A stretch of DNA of 64,000 bases from an uncultured bacterium (GTDB taxonomy: Bacteria > Patescibacteriota > Patescibacteriia > Patescibacteriales > UBA12465): NCBI GenBank assembly GCA_942492765.1, contig OW818634.1, positions 281,159 through 345,158 on the forward strand, in the 5' to 3' direction. Each line of letters starts with the position of its first letter. The first letter of the stretch is position 1. Both the position numbers and the translations under genes were made by a program. The notes beneath the pieces are model-generated. The model was not told the DNA's origin, searched no databases, and worked only from the letters and a program-made list of their open reading frames with translations. Shown here piece by piece: positions 26,831-35,492 of this stretch.

Positions 26831-27634
26831 TTAAGGTATAAGGACAGACACTATAGTCAGATTATCAAGGTCGACGAGAGGCTCGATGATCGCCTCCTGC
26901 CAAACCTCGTTGCTTTCATTGAAAACCTGGGTGACGCGGCCGATAACCAGACCGCGGGCGATATGTTCGCCCAAACCCGAGGTGATGACGATGTCTCCCG
27001 GCGCTATCTTCTCTAGCTGCGGAATATAATTCATCCTGATAGTCAGGCCGAGATCGCCATCGGTTATGCCCTGCGTCTTATCGGAATTCTGGATAGCGGC
27101 GGCTAGCTGGCAATTAGGATTAGTCGTCAAGCATATCTTAGCCGTCGCGTCTTTCGTTTCTAAGACTTTACCGACGATCAAGCCGTCTTCGCTGACTACC
27201 GCTAAGCCAGCGACTAATCCGTCCTTGGCACCGCGATTGATAACTAAGCCCAGGCTATCTTCAGCGGCCGCTTCTTTGGCGATGACGCTCGCGACTACAG
27301 TCCGTGAATTACTATTGCTAGCGAATTTCAAGGCCTCGCGCAGCTTGCGATTCTCTTCCTCTATCTCTAAGCTGCGGGAATTAGCCACAGTCAGGACTAA
27401 CACTTCTTTAGCTAAACGATCAGCTCGCGCGGCTGGATCTTCCGGATTATTATTGGCGTCATAAGCCGTCTTGATATTCGTGCCGGCATTATAAAAACGG
27501 CTGGCGATAGGCTTGACCAGATAAACCAGAGAATTCTCCAACGGCCGCAAGAATCCCGATATATGCAAAAAAAACAGCGCGGCGGCTATTATCAGGCAAG
27601 GGACGACCGGATTGTTTTTCTTGATTCTAACCAT
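26831..27634 (-). CDS. mreC: Rod shape-determining protein MreC
   Basis: 267 aa with an N-terminal TM, a coiled-coil segment (LEIEEENRKLREAL) and a beta-rich C-terminal domain (GDIVITSGLGEHIARGLVIGRV). It follows mreB. Confidence 0.8.
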   Translation of the reverse strand: MVRIKKNNPVVPCLIIAAALFFLHISGFLRPLENSLVYLVKPIASRFYNAGTNIKTAYDANNNPEDPAARADRLAKEVLVLTVANSRSLEIEEENRKLREALKFASNSNSRTVVASVIAKEAAAEDSLGLVINRGAKDGLVAGLAVVSEDGLIVGKVLETKDATAKICLTTNPNCQLAAAIQNSDKTQGITDGDLGLTIRMNYIPQLEKIAPGDIVITSGLGEHIARGLVIGRVTQVFNESNEVWQEAIIEPLVDLDNLTIVSVLIP

Positions 27635-27635
27635 A

Positions 27636-28676
27636 TTAATCAGTATTCGAAGGCAGAACGACTTTCTCTAATAATTCCTTATCAGTTAATAAGATGCCGG
27701 TGCCGCGCACGACGCAAGTCAATGGATCATCGGAAATCTTGACAGGAATCTTGGTCGCCAGAGAGATAGCCTTGTCCAAGCCGCGCAGCAGGGCGCCGCC
27801 GCCGGAAAGATACAGGCCGCGCTCATAAATGTCAGAAACTAATTCCGGAGGAGTCGTCTCTAAGATAGTCTTGATGTTATCGATGATCTTGACGACGGTG
27901 CGATTGATCGCTTCCCTGATCTGCTTGTCGCTGACCATGAGAGCCTTAGGCAAGCCGGTAACGAGATCGCGGCCGCGCACTTCTATCTCGGTCGGAGCCT
28001 CCAGGGGGACAGCCGAACCGATAGCGATCTTGATCGCTTCCGCCAGCTGCTCGCCGATGAGAATATTGAATTCTTCGCGGATATACTCGATGATGTTGTT
28101 ATCAAATTCGTTTCCGGCCGCTTTCAGAGATTTCCAGGTGACGACGCCGCCGAGCGAGATGACGGCGATTTCCGTCGTGCCGCCGCCGATATCTACGACC
28201 ATGGTCGCGGTCGCTTCAGTTACGGGCAAGCGGGCGCCGATAGCAGCGGCCATCGCTTCCTCGATCAGATAGACCTTGCGGGCGCCGGCAGACTTGGCAG
28301 CATCCTCGACCGCCTTCTTCTCTACCTCGGTCAGGTCGAGCGGAATGCCGATGACGACGCGCGGGCGGGAGATGAGAGTAAAATTCTCAGTATGGACTTT
28401 ATTAATAAAATATTTGAGCATCTTCTCAGTCACTTCAAAATCAGAAATGATCCCTTCGACGAGCGGCTTAATCGCTTCGATATGGCCCGGAGTCTTGCCG
28501 ACCATCTTCTTGGCAGCCTCGCCGACCTCCAGGATTTCATTCGTACGCTTATTGATAGCGACAACGCTAGGCTCGTTGATTACTAGCCCCTTATCAACAA
28601 CATAAACCAGGGTATTCTTGGTTCCCAAGTCGATTCCTAAGTCATGGCTGAATTTTCCGAGCAGATTATTGAACAT
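27636..28676 (-). CDS. mreB: Actin-like rod-shape protein MreB (paralog 2, in mreBCD)
   Basis: 346 aa with LGIDLGTKNTLVYV, VVDIGGGTTEIAVISLGG and YLSGGGALLRGLDKAI. Confidence 0.9.
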   Translation of the reverse strand: MFNNLLGKFSHDLGIDLGTKNTLVYVVDKGLVINEPSVVAINKRTNEILEVGEAAKKMVGKTPGHIEAIKPLVEGIISDFEVTEKMLKYFINKVHTENFTLISRPRVVIGIPLDLTEVEKKAVEDAAKSAGARKVYLIEEAMAAAIGARLPVTEATATMVVDIGGGTTEIAVISLGGVVTWKSLKAAGNEFDNNIIEYIREEFNILIGEQLAEAIKIAIGSAVPLEAPTEIEVRGRDLVTGLPKALMVSDKQIREAINRTVVKIIDNIKTILETTPPELVSDIYERGLYLSGGGALLRGLDKAISLATKIPVKISDDPLTCVVRGTGILLTDKELLEKVVLPSNTD

Positions 28677-28718
28677 AGATTATTTATATGATGGGTTTAA
28701 CGAATAAGCTGAGGACGA

Positions 28719-29945
28719 CTATCTCAAACTAGAAGATAAATCTTTTATCTTCACTAATACGCCCTTATCCTCAGAGCGGCGTTTCATCTCGACGCTATCT
28801 TCGCTCAAAGTCTTCTTGCTGACGACGACGCGATACGGGCAGCCGATCAGATCGGCATCGGCGAATTTTTCTCCGGCCGACGCTTCGCGGTCGTCGAATA
28901 AGACTTCGAAACCGGCCTTAACCAATTCCTCATAGATACGCGCCGCCGCCTCATTCTCATTCAAGGATATCAGATGAAGCTTGAAGGGCGCGATATTCTC
29001 CGGCCAGATGATTCCTTTATCATCATGAAAAGTCTCAACGATGGTTCCCATGATGCGGCTCGGCCCCATGCCGTAGCAGCCCATTACCGGAGTATTCTCC
29101 TGGCCGGCGCTATCCTTATAAGAGATATTGAAAGGCGCGGAAAATTTCGTGCTGAGCTTGAAGATATTGCCGACCTCGATCGCTTTCTTTTCAACCAGCT
29201 TCTTATTACCGCAAATCGGGCAGGAATCCTGCTCGGCTATTATCTCCTTATTGACGGCGACATGGCATTTCTCACAGATATAGATCAGGTCTTCTCCGGC
29301 CTCGGCTAAAGTCTGAAACTCATGAGAGTATTTAGAAAAAGTTCCGCCGGAAGCGTAAGTCAGATAAGTGATCTCGCCCAGGCCGAGGCGATCATAAGTT
29401 TTCTTATAGGCCCCAGTCGCTTTCTCATAATAAGCGTCGAGATCGGCTTGATCGGTGTGGAAGGAATACAAGTCTTTCATCAAGAATTCACGGCCACGCA
29501 ATAATCCGGCCTTAGCTCTCTTCTCGTTGCGAAACTTCGTCTGGATTTGATAAACGCCAAAAGGCAGATCTTTATAAGAAGCGATAAATTTCTTAGCCAG
29601 AGGCGAGACGATTTCCTCATGCGTCGCTCCGAGAGCGTATTCCTTATTGTCGCCGCCAGTCAAACGGAATAGGACATCGAAATGAGCCCAGCGTCCGGAA
29701 GCTTCGAGGTTCTCTTTCGGGATCAAAGACGTCATTAATATTTCCTGACCGCCGATGGAGTCCATCTCCTCGCGGATGACGCGGCAGATCTTATCAAGCA
29801 CGCGCTTGCCTAAAGGCAGATAAGAATAGACTCCGGCCGCGACTTTATCGATAAAACCAGCGCGAATTAGCGCCTGAGCATTATAACTCGGTTCATCTTT
29901 TGGTAATTCTTTGACAGTCCTGGTAAAAAGTTGCGATTGGCGCAT
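28719..29945 (-). CDS. proS: Proline--tRNA ligase, minimal bacterial-type lacking the INS editing domain
   Basis: 408 aa with MRQSQLFTRTVKELPKDEPSYNAQALIRAGFI, motif 2 FRNEKRAKAGLLRGREFLMKDLYSF, motif 3 GCYGMGPSR, and a C-terminal anticodon-binding domain. Only about 25 aa containing CEKC...CPIC occupy the position of the INS insertion. Confidence 0.85.
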   Translation of the reverse strand: MRQSQLFTRTVKELPKDEPSYNAQALIRAGFIDKVAAGVYSYLPLGKRVLDKICRVIREEMDSIGGQEILMTSLIPKENLEASGRWAHFDVLFRLTGGDNKEYALGATHEEIVSPLAKKFIASYKDLPFGVYQIQTKFRNEKRAKAGLLRGREFLMKDLYSFHTDQADLDAYYEKATGAYKKTYDRLGLGEITYLTYASGGTFSKYSHEFQTLAEAGEDLIYICEKCHVAVNKEIIAEQDSCPICGNKKLVEKKAIEVGNIFKLSTKFSAPFNISYKDSAGQENTPVMGCYGMGPSRIMGTIVETFHDDKGIIWPENIAPFKLHLISLNENEAAARIYEELVKAGFEVLFDDREASAGEKFADADLIGCPYRVVVSKKTLSEDSVEMKRRSEDKGVLVKIKDLSSSLR

Positions 29946-30024
29946 AAATATGAAGAATAAGAGTGTTTAATCATCTATATCTTAACCAAAAAACCGGCTC
30001 TTGTAAAGGCGATTTAAGAATGAT

Positions 30025-31224
30025 TTACGGACGTTCAGCCAGCATATAATAGCGCTCCTCGTCACTTAAGACCGTCACGATCAGGAAAAGATCGCCGCCT
30101 TCTTTCACTTTCAATTTCTTATATAATTCTTCGGGTAAAAGCGGGAATCTTTTAGTGATAATATTAACACGGTTGATGCCCCCATCTTTAAGAAAAGCTT
30201 TTAATTCCCTGAGGGCGAAGGGGTGGCAGGTTTTAATCTTAAATGCCCGGAAAATTCCAGGCCTATCAGTCCCGACCAAGGCGTCTCCGGTCAAAAAAGA
30301 CAAATGGCGATTGATCTTTGATAGACTGTAAGAGGCGGCCAGCTCTTCAATCAAATGGGCTTTGATTATCGCCTTATTCGGCTCATAAAGAAAAAGCTTG
30401 GGCTGCGGTGCTATGGGCACTATCGGACGAAGCTCAGAATCAATCAGGTCATAAGCGGCGCCTTTAGCCAGGATAGTCGCTCGGCGTTGAGCTGCTGTCT
30501 TCAATTCTCCGAACCAGAGCATCGCGACCTTGCAATTATTATCCTCGGCAATAATCTCTATCTCCGGCTTTTCCGGTAAGGTCTCCAATTCTTTATAATC
30601 GAAAGCTGGCGATATCTTTACGCCGACGTTGTGAGTGATCTTGAATATTTCCGGCAATATCTTGAACAAGGAGGGCTCGGAATTAAGGAGAGAACGAGTC
30701 TTAGTCTTTCCTTCCCTATCTCTAGCCGGATCTAGGAAGAAAGCATCGACATCAGGACTGATATTGTCATAGGCGTCGCCAACGATAAATTCTATCTTGC
30801 CAACGATTCCGTAAGCCGCAGCATTGGCCTGAGCGCAAACGATATTGCTTTCCAACTTATCGACTGCGACCGCCGAGCGACAGCGCTTCGCTAGAGGAAT
30901 CAGATTGCCGCCGAGGCCGCAAGTCAAATCGGCGACTTTCCACTCCGGCTTGAAGCGCCGGGCGATATGCTCCGAGATATCTTCGCTCGTCGATTGCTCC
31001 AGATTAAGCGGAGTAAACAGCATGGCTCCGGCTAAAGCGAATTTCTTCGCAGCCTGCCGCCTTAATTTTATAAGCGTCACGATCCCGGGCAAAAACTTAT
31101 ATTCCGGCCCGCCGGCGCTCTTAAACAATAAGCGATATAAATCTTCATCCTTGAAAGATCCATACCGCTTTAATGTTTCGCGTCCGTCTTCGGACTTCAA
31201 GAAATTCAAGTCTTCAATAGTCAT
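30025..31224 (-). CDS. Class I SAM-dependent methyltransferase with C-terminal THUMP-like region
   Basis: 399 aa. SAM motif I is VADLTCGLGGNLIPLA and the post-I acidic residue is in AVDK. The size and architecture match bacterial THUMP-like methyltransferases. Confidence 0.65.
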   Translation of the reverse strand: MTIEDLNFLKSEDGRETLKRYGSFKDEDLYRLLFKSAGGPEYKFLPGIVTLIKLRRQAAKKFALAGAMLFTPLNLEQSTSEDISEHIARRFKPEWKVADLTCGLGGNLIPLAKRCRSAVAVDKLESNIVCAQANAAAYGIVGKIEFIVGDAYDNISPDVDAFFLDPARDREGKTKTRSLLNSEPSLFKILPEIFKITHNVGVKISPAFDYKELETLPEKPEIEIIAEDNNCKVAMLWFGELKTAAQRRATILAKGAAYDLIDSELRPIVPIAPQPKLFLYEPNKAIIKAHLIEELAASYSLSKINRHLSFLTGDALVGTDRPGIFRAFKIKTCHPFALRELKAFLKDGGINRVNIITKRFPLLPEELYKKLKVKEGGDLFLIVTVLSDEERYYMLAERP

Positions 31225-31225
31225 G

Positions 31226-31819
31226 TTATTTTTGTCTCATCTTCTTAAGGGCCGCTTTCACTCTCTCGCCGCTATCGACTAAGCTCGCGTCGACGAGATT
31301 CAAGGCCGCGCGCGCTTCCGATAAAGAATAGCCTAGAGACATCAGCGCGTCGATCTCATCGCTGCCAGAAGACATGGACGAATTAAGCGCGATCGAGCTG
31401 CCCCCGATGCGCATTATCTTGGTCTTTAATTCTAAGACGAGGCGTTCGGCCGTCTTTTTGCCGATGCCGGAAACTTTGGTCAGGAGATTGGCATCACCGC
31501 GTATGATCGCTTCTTTGATATCACCGGCGGAAGCGATGCTGAGCACTCCCAGCGCTGATTTCGGACCGACGCCGGAAACTGTCAAAAGGAGTTCGAATAA
31601 CTCCAAATCTTCTAAAGATCTGAAGCCGTATAAGTCGCTAGCATCTTCCTTGATCTGGTGATGGGTATACAATTCTACCTCCGTATCGATTTTTAGATCA
31701 TTAAGCAGGTTCTCGCCCGCAAATACCTGATAGCCGATATCGCGCGTTTCGATAATCGCGTAATTAAGGCTCTTATTGATTATCCGGCCGCGTAAGAATG
31801 AAATCATATCTTTAGACAA
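31226..31819 (-). CDS. ruvA: Holliday junction branch migration complex subunit RuvA
   Basis: 197 aa with MISFLRGRI...GYQVF (OB domain), HhH motifs (VSGVGPKSALGVL, VSGIGKKTAERL), and C-terminal domain III (LMSLGYSLSEARAAL). Confidence 0.85.
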   Translation of the reverse strand: MSKDMISFLRGRIINKSLNYAIIETRDIGYQVFAGENLLNDLKIDTEVELYTHHQIKEDASDLYGFRSLEDLELFELLLTVSGVGPKSALGVLSIASAGDIKEAIIRGDANLLTKVSGIGKKTAERLVLELKTKIMRIGGSSIALNSSMSSGSDEIDALMSLGYSLSEARAALNLVDASLVDSGERVKAALKKMRQK

Positions 31820-31824
31820 TCTTA

Positions 31825-33117
31825 TTATTTTACTAGTCTTCTTATAACCGAGAAAGGAGGGATAAATCCGACGCTTTTAGGCAAGGCGATGACCGCGATC
31901 TGCCCTCCTCCGCCGCCATGCGCTTCCTTGATTTCCTCTCCAGTTTTAGCGTCCCAGATCATCTCCGGGCGCATCTTGATTATATCATATCCAGGCCTGA
32001 TTATCTCTATCTCTTCATCCGCTCTGACGGTATTATGGACTTGGAAAACTAGCGGGTTCGCGAGCCTCATCTTCTCCAGGTTACGGCGCAACGGCGCGGA
32101 CAGCTCTGCCAAGGTCTGGCCGCAGAATTCCCAGGCGCTCTTCTCGTGCGAATCCGAGATATTCTGATCGGCCTTCCCGCCCAACAAGAACCCGGCGGTA
32201 TAGCCGCGATGAACGAGCTTGGTATTCAATTCTGAAAAAAGATAATCTAGTTCCTGCTTAAGCTTGGCCCGCGGCATTTTTTTCTCTAACGCCGCTAGAG
32301 CGCGACGATAGATGCCCACAACGGTCGCTTGATAATAGACGCTCTTGGCTCGTCCCTCGATCTTGAAGCTGGTCACGCCCGCGTCCGCTAATTCTTTCAG
32401 ATATCTGACTAGACACATATCCTTGGAATTCAAAAGATAGGCCCCGTGCTTCTCTTCCACGAGTTCTAATTCTTCGGCGTGTCTCTCGGCTTTCAAACTA
32501 TAGCGGCTGACATCATATTTCCAGCGGCAAGGCTGGGCGCAATCGCCGAGATTGCCGCTCCTATCCACGAACAGCTTAGACAGGAAACAGCGGCCAGAAT
32601 AAGCCATGCACATCGCGCCATGGACAAAATATTCTAATTCGGCCTTAGGCGCAGTCCGATGAATCTCCTTAATTTCTTTCAGGGTCACTTCGCGGCCCAG
32701 AATTATCCGTTTTACTCCCTGCTTCGTCCAGAACTTCACGGCTTCGGAATTAGTGCAATTCGCCTGAGTCGACAGATGTATTTCCGCGCTCGGCCAAGAT
32801 TTTTTCACGAGCGCGATTATTCCTGGATCGGAAATTATGAGTGCGTCCGCTTTCATAGCTTTCAGTTTCTTGAGATAAGCCGGCAGTTTTTTCAGATGTT
32901 CATTATGAGCAAAGATATTGATAGTCACATAGACCTTTTTCTTGGCGGCATGCGCATACTTGATAGCTTCAGCCACTTCTTTCAAGCCGAAATCATTGAT
33001 TCTGACGCGCAAAGAAAAATCTGGAATACCCAAATAAACCGCGTCAGCGCCATGGGCATAGGCAGTTTTCATCTTTAAAGTATTTCCAGCGGGAGCCAAT
33101 AGCTCTATTTTTTTCAT
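31825..33117 (-). CDS. Peptidase U32 family protein
   Basis: 430 aa with MKKIELLAPAGN...AYAHGADAVYLG and a Cys-rich central motif (HGAMCMAYSGRCFLS...CAQPCRW) typical of U32. Confidence 0.85.
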   Translation of the reverse strand: MKKIELLAPAGNTLKMKTAYAHGADAVYLGIPDFSLRVRINDFGLKEVAEAIKYAHAAKKKVYVTINIFAHNEHLKKLPAYLKKLKAMKADALIISDPGIIALVKKSWPSAEIHLSTQANCTNSEAVKFWTKQGVKRIILGREVTLKEIKEIHRTAPKAELEYFVHGAMCMAYSGRCFLSKLFVDRSGNLGDCAQPCRWKYDVSRYSLKAERHAEELELVEEKHGAYLLNSKDMCLVRYLKELADAGVTSFKIEGRAKSVYYQATVVGIYRRALAALEKKMPRAKLKQELDYLFSELNTKLVHRGYTAGFLLGGKADQNISDSHEKSAWEFCGQTLAELSAPLRRNLEKMRLANPLVFQVHNTVRADEEIEIIRPGYDIIKMRPEMIWDAKTGEEIKEAHGGGGGQIAVIALPKSVGFIPPFSVIRRLVK

Positions 33118-33174
33118 ATATATTAGCCAATTTTTATATTATAAGTATAATCTAAATTCTCATTTTTTGGAATA

Positions 33175-33203
33175 TTGACTAAATCAAAATTAAATGATAC
33201 AAT
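33175..33203 (+). promoter_or_regulatory. Sigma70-like promoter (TTGACT-N17-TACAAT)
   Basis: TTGACT at 33175-33180, a 17-nt spacer, and TACAAT at 33198-33203, about 55 nt upstream of the ATG at 33258. Confidence 0.5.
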
Positions 33204-33257
33204 TTTTTCCATCAAATAGTAGTACGTTTCAAATATCGTCTAACTAAAATATCTCCC

Positions 33258-33791
33258 ATGAAAAAGCTGATCTTATCGATGCTGCTCGTCGCAGTAGTTT
33301 CTGCCAGCGCCAGCGCTATTAGAACTAATGACGAAGTCATTGTCATGCAAAAAGGAGGCAACTATATCACCTATGTCCTCCAGCATTATAATAATGACGT
33401 CAGGCTCGTCTATCGCGCCCCCGTAGGACTCAATAATTCAGACCTTAAGAATCTCGGCATCCCGACAGAGGCTTGGCCGCTGATAAAGTCAAACGGGGAC
33501 ATGATATTCTCTTTAAATCATTATAATGATACGAAGAAGATCGAGTCCTTAAGCCAAGAGATATCTGAAAAGAAAGAGACTATCAGGAAACAGAATCTCT
33601 GGCTATTTATCATGGTCATAAGTCTCGGGGTCATGACTTCTTTAGCAATCAGGGGAATGGTCTCCAGCTCTAACCGCTGGACTATCGAAGGCACATTAAA
33701 CAAGATCAATCCCTGGAATGATCGGCACAGAGCCCAATCTTATCGCATCCCCCTGAAAGTTTTTTTCGGCGGCAGCGGCGATGATTATTAG
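33258..33791 (+). CDS. Hypothetical exported, membrane-anchored protein
   Basis: 177 aa. It has a signal peptide (MKKLILSMLLVAVVSASASA), a ~90-aa ectodomain, a short coiled segment and one TM helix (LWLFIMVISLGVMTSLAI). I recognise no family. Confidence 0.5.
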   Translation: MKKLILSMLLVAVVSASASAIRTNDEVIVMQKGGNYITYVLQHYNNDVRLVYRAPVGLNNSDLKNLGIPTEAWPLIKSNGDMIFSLNHYNDTKKIESLSQEISEKKETIRKQNLWLFIMVISLGVMTSLAIRGMVSSSNRWTIEGTLNKINPWNDRHRAQSYRIPLKVFFGGSGDDY

Positions 33792-33824
33792 CTCCCATCG
33801 GGCGACGTAGTATCAAAAAACACG

Positions 33825-33851
33825 AAAGGCTTCTTTAAAGAAGCCTTTTTT
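33825..33851 (+). terminator. Intrinsic terminator
   Basis: The perfect palindrome aaaggcttcttt/aaagaagccttt (33825-33848) runs into a T-tract ending at 33851. Confidence 0.6.
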
Positions 33852-33856
33852 AATTA

Positions 33857-33885
33857 TTGACTAAAATAAAATATCATTATAATAT
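33857..33885 (+). promoter_or_regulatory. Candidate sigma70-like promoter (TTGACT ... TATAAT/TAATAT)
   Basis: TTGACT at 33857-33862. TATAAT at 33878-33883 gives a 15-nt spacer, or TAATAT at 33880-33885 gives a 17-nt spacer. It is upstream of the ATG at 33941. Confidence 0.4.
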
Positions 33886-33940
33886 ATTAAGTCAACCACA
33901 GATCTTTAAAAAACAAAATGTCTAACCTAAAATACACCCC

Positions 33941-34615
33941 ATGGAAACAACGGAAAGCCAAATTTATCAAAACCCCAACTTGATTATCCTCTTCATCACC
34001 CTTCTCCTTTTATTCCTAGTTCTGAGATTCTTCTTGAAAAAATTGAACACCAGACTGGCCATATACGATATCCGCCGGAGATTGAAAGAAAAGTGCCGCT
34101 TCGAGTTCGAGGGCATCGTTGAGCTATTCAAGCATCTCCCCGTGCGCAAGATTTGGGGAGAACAATATGAAATCGATGATTATATTAAAACCATGATTAC
34201 CGATGCCGCTTCTCTGAAAGAATGCTTCTTCCATATTCAAGTAATAATCTCGAACCGAAAAAAGAGAGAAGCGCTGACAGAGCTGGTTATCGACAGCATC
34301 AAGAGGCAATTCTCTATCGAGGACTTGGCCAAAATCTACGCCGACTGTCTTCTAAAAAATGCCCTGCAAAGAAATGGGCTGGCTCACAATCTATTTCCAG
34401 AAGAAAAGGCTCTCATAGCTTCGATCATAGCTGATAATCATCTGAATGAAGATGCTATGCGGAGAGAAGAGTCTTTCCGAAACCAAGTAATAAGAACAAT
34501 GGAAAGCGCTCTCGGCAGCAAAAACGAAGAAGCGAGAGTGTTGATTAGGGCTGAAATTATCAAATTCAAGAACTCGAAACTTCCGGCCAATAAGAACTCC
34601 GAATTCAGGGCTTAG
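33941..34615 (+). CDS. Hypothetical N-terminally anchored all-alpha protein
   Basis: 224 aa with one N-terminal TM (LIILFITLLLLFLVLRFF) and then charged helical sequence. I recognise no family. Confidence 0.5.
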   Translation: METTESQIYQNPNLIILFITLLLLFLVLRFFLKKLNTRLAIYDIRRRLKEKCRFEFEGIVELFKHLPVRKIWGEQYEIDDYIKTMITDAASLKECFFHIQVIISNRKKREALTELVIDSIKRQFSIEDLAKIYADCLLKNALQRNGLAHNLFPEEKALIASIIADNHLNEDAMRREESFRNQVIRTMESALGSKNEEARVLIRAEIIKFKNSKLPANKNSEFRA

Positions 34616-34639
34616 ACCGCATTAAACCACAGACAAAAC

Positions 34640-34670
34640 AAAAATCGGAAGAAAAAACTTCCGATTTTTT
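34640..34670. terminator. Bidirectional intrinsic terminator
   Basis: aaaaatcggaag (34640-34651) pairs with cttccgattttt (34658-34669) across a 6-nt loop, between convergent genes. Confidence 0.7.
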
Positions 34671-34697
34671 ATTGGCTAAGCTTATCCTAGATTAAAA

Positions 34698-35462
34698 CTA
34701 TTCTTTCTTATCAGCTTTATTAAGATTAAAGCTAGTAAAAGCTTTCAAGATTTCCACTGGGGTCACGAAGACGACGGTATTAGATTGATCGCTGGATAAA
34801 TCATTGATAGATTGCAGGGTCCTGAGGTGGAGAGCTCCGTCCGATTGCGCTAAGATCGCAGCTGCTTTAGAAATGTTCTCTGCCGCTGCCAGCTCGCCTT
34901 CGGAATTAATGATAACAGCGCGCTTCTCGCGCTCCGCCTCGGCTTGCTTGGCGATGGTCCTTTCCATCGATTCTGGCAAAGAAACATCTTTCAGCTCGAC
35001 ATTATTGACTTTGATTCCCCATTCGTCAGTCTCCTTGTCGACTATCTCTTTTATCTTGTCAGCGATCTCATCGCGCTTGCTCAATAATTCGTCGAGAGTG
35101 ACTGAACCGACGATATTGCGCATAGTCGTCTGCGCGTATTGAGAAATGGCGTAATAAAAATTTTCTACTTCAATCACGGCCTTCTCGGCGAAGGCGACCT
35201 TATAATAGATGACCGCGTTGACGGTGACAGAGACATTATCGCGAGTGATCGCTTTCTGATCCGGAACGTCCACGGCCTTGACGCGAATGTCCACTTTCTT
35301 ATAGGTCTGGAATATCGGAATCAATAATTTCCATCCCGGTTCCATGATGCCGCTGTACTTACCCATAGTAAACTTAACGCCCCGCTCGTACTGATTGATC
35401 TGCTTTAAGCTCGCTAAGATCAAAATACCGACGATGATAAAAAACGTAATAGAGCCTCCCAT
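34698..35462 (-). CDS. SPFH/band 7 (stomatin/prohibitin-like) membrane protein
   Basis: 254 aa with an N-terminal TM, then INQYERGVKFTMGKY...DVPDQKAITRDNVSVTVNAVIYYKV and an Ala/Glu-rich helix (AEREKRA). Confidence 0.85.
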   Translation of the reverse strand: MGGSITFFIIVGILILASLKQINQYERGVKFTMGKYSGIMEPGWKLLIPIFQTYKKVDIRVKAVDVPDQKAITRDNVSVTVNAVIYYKVAFAEKAVIEVENFYYAISQYAQTTMRNIVGSVTLDELLSKRDEIADKIKEIVDKETDEWGIKVNNVELKDVSLPESMERTIAKQAEAEREKRAVIINSEGELAAAENISKAAAILAQSDGALHLRTLQSINDLSSDQSNTVVFVTPVEILKAFTSFNLNKADKKE

Positions 35463-35492
35463 ACATTTATGATTATAGCCGGCAGCCCGGCT

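Noticed and set aside
33918-33983. A 21-codon basic mini-ORF (MSNLKYTPWKQRKAKFIKTPT) overlaps the start of the 224-aa hypothetical gene and could be a leader peptide.
   Set aside because: It has no recognisable SD, no attenuator structure and no conservation information. Such an ORF is easily produced by chance in AT-rich DNA.
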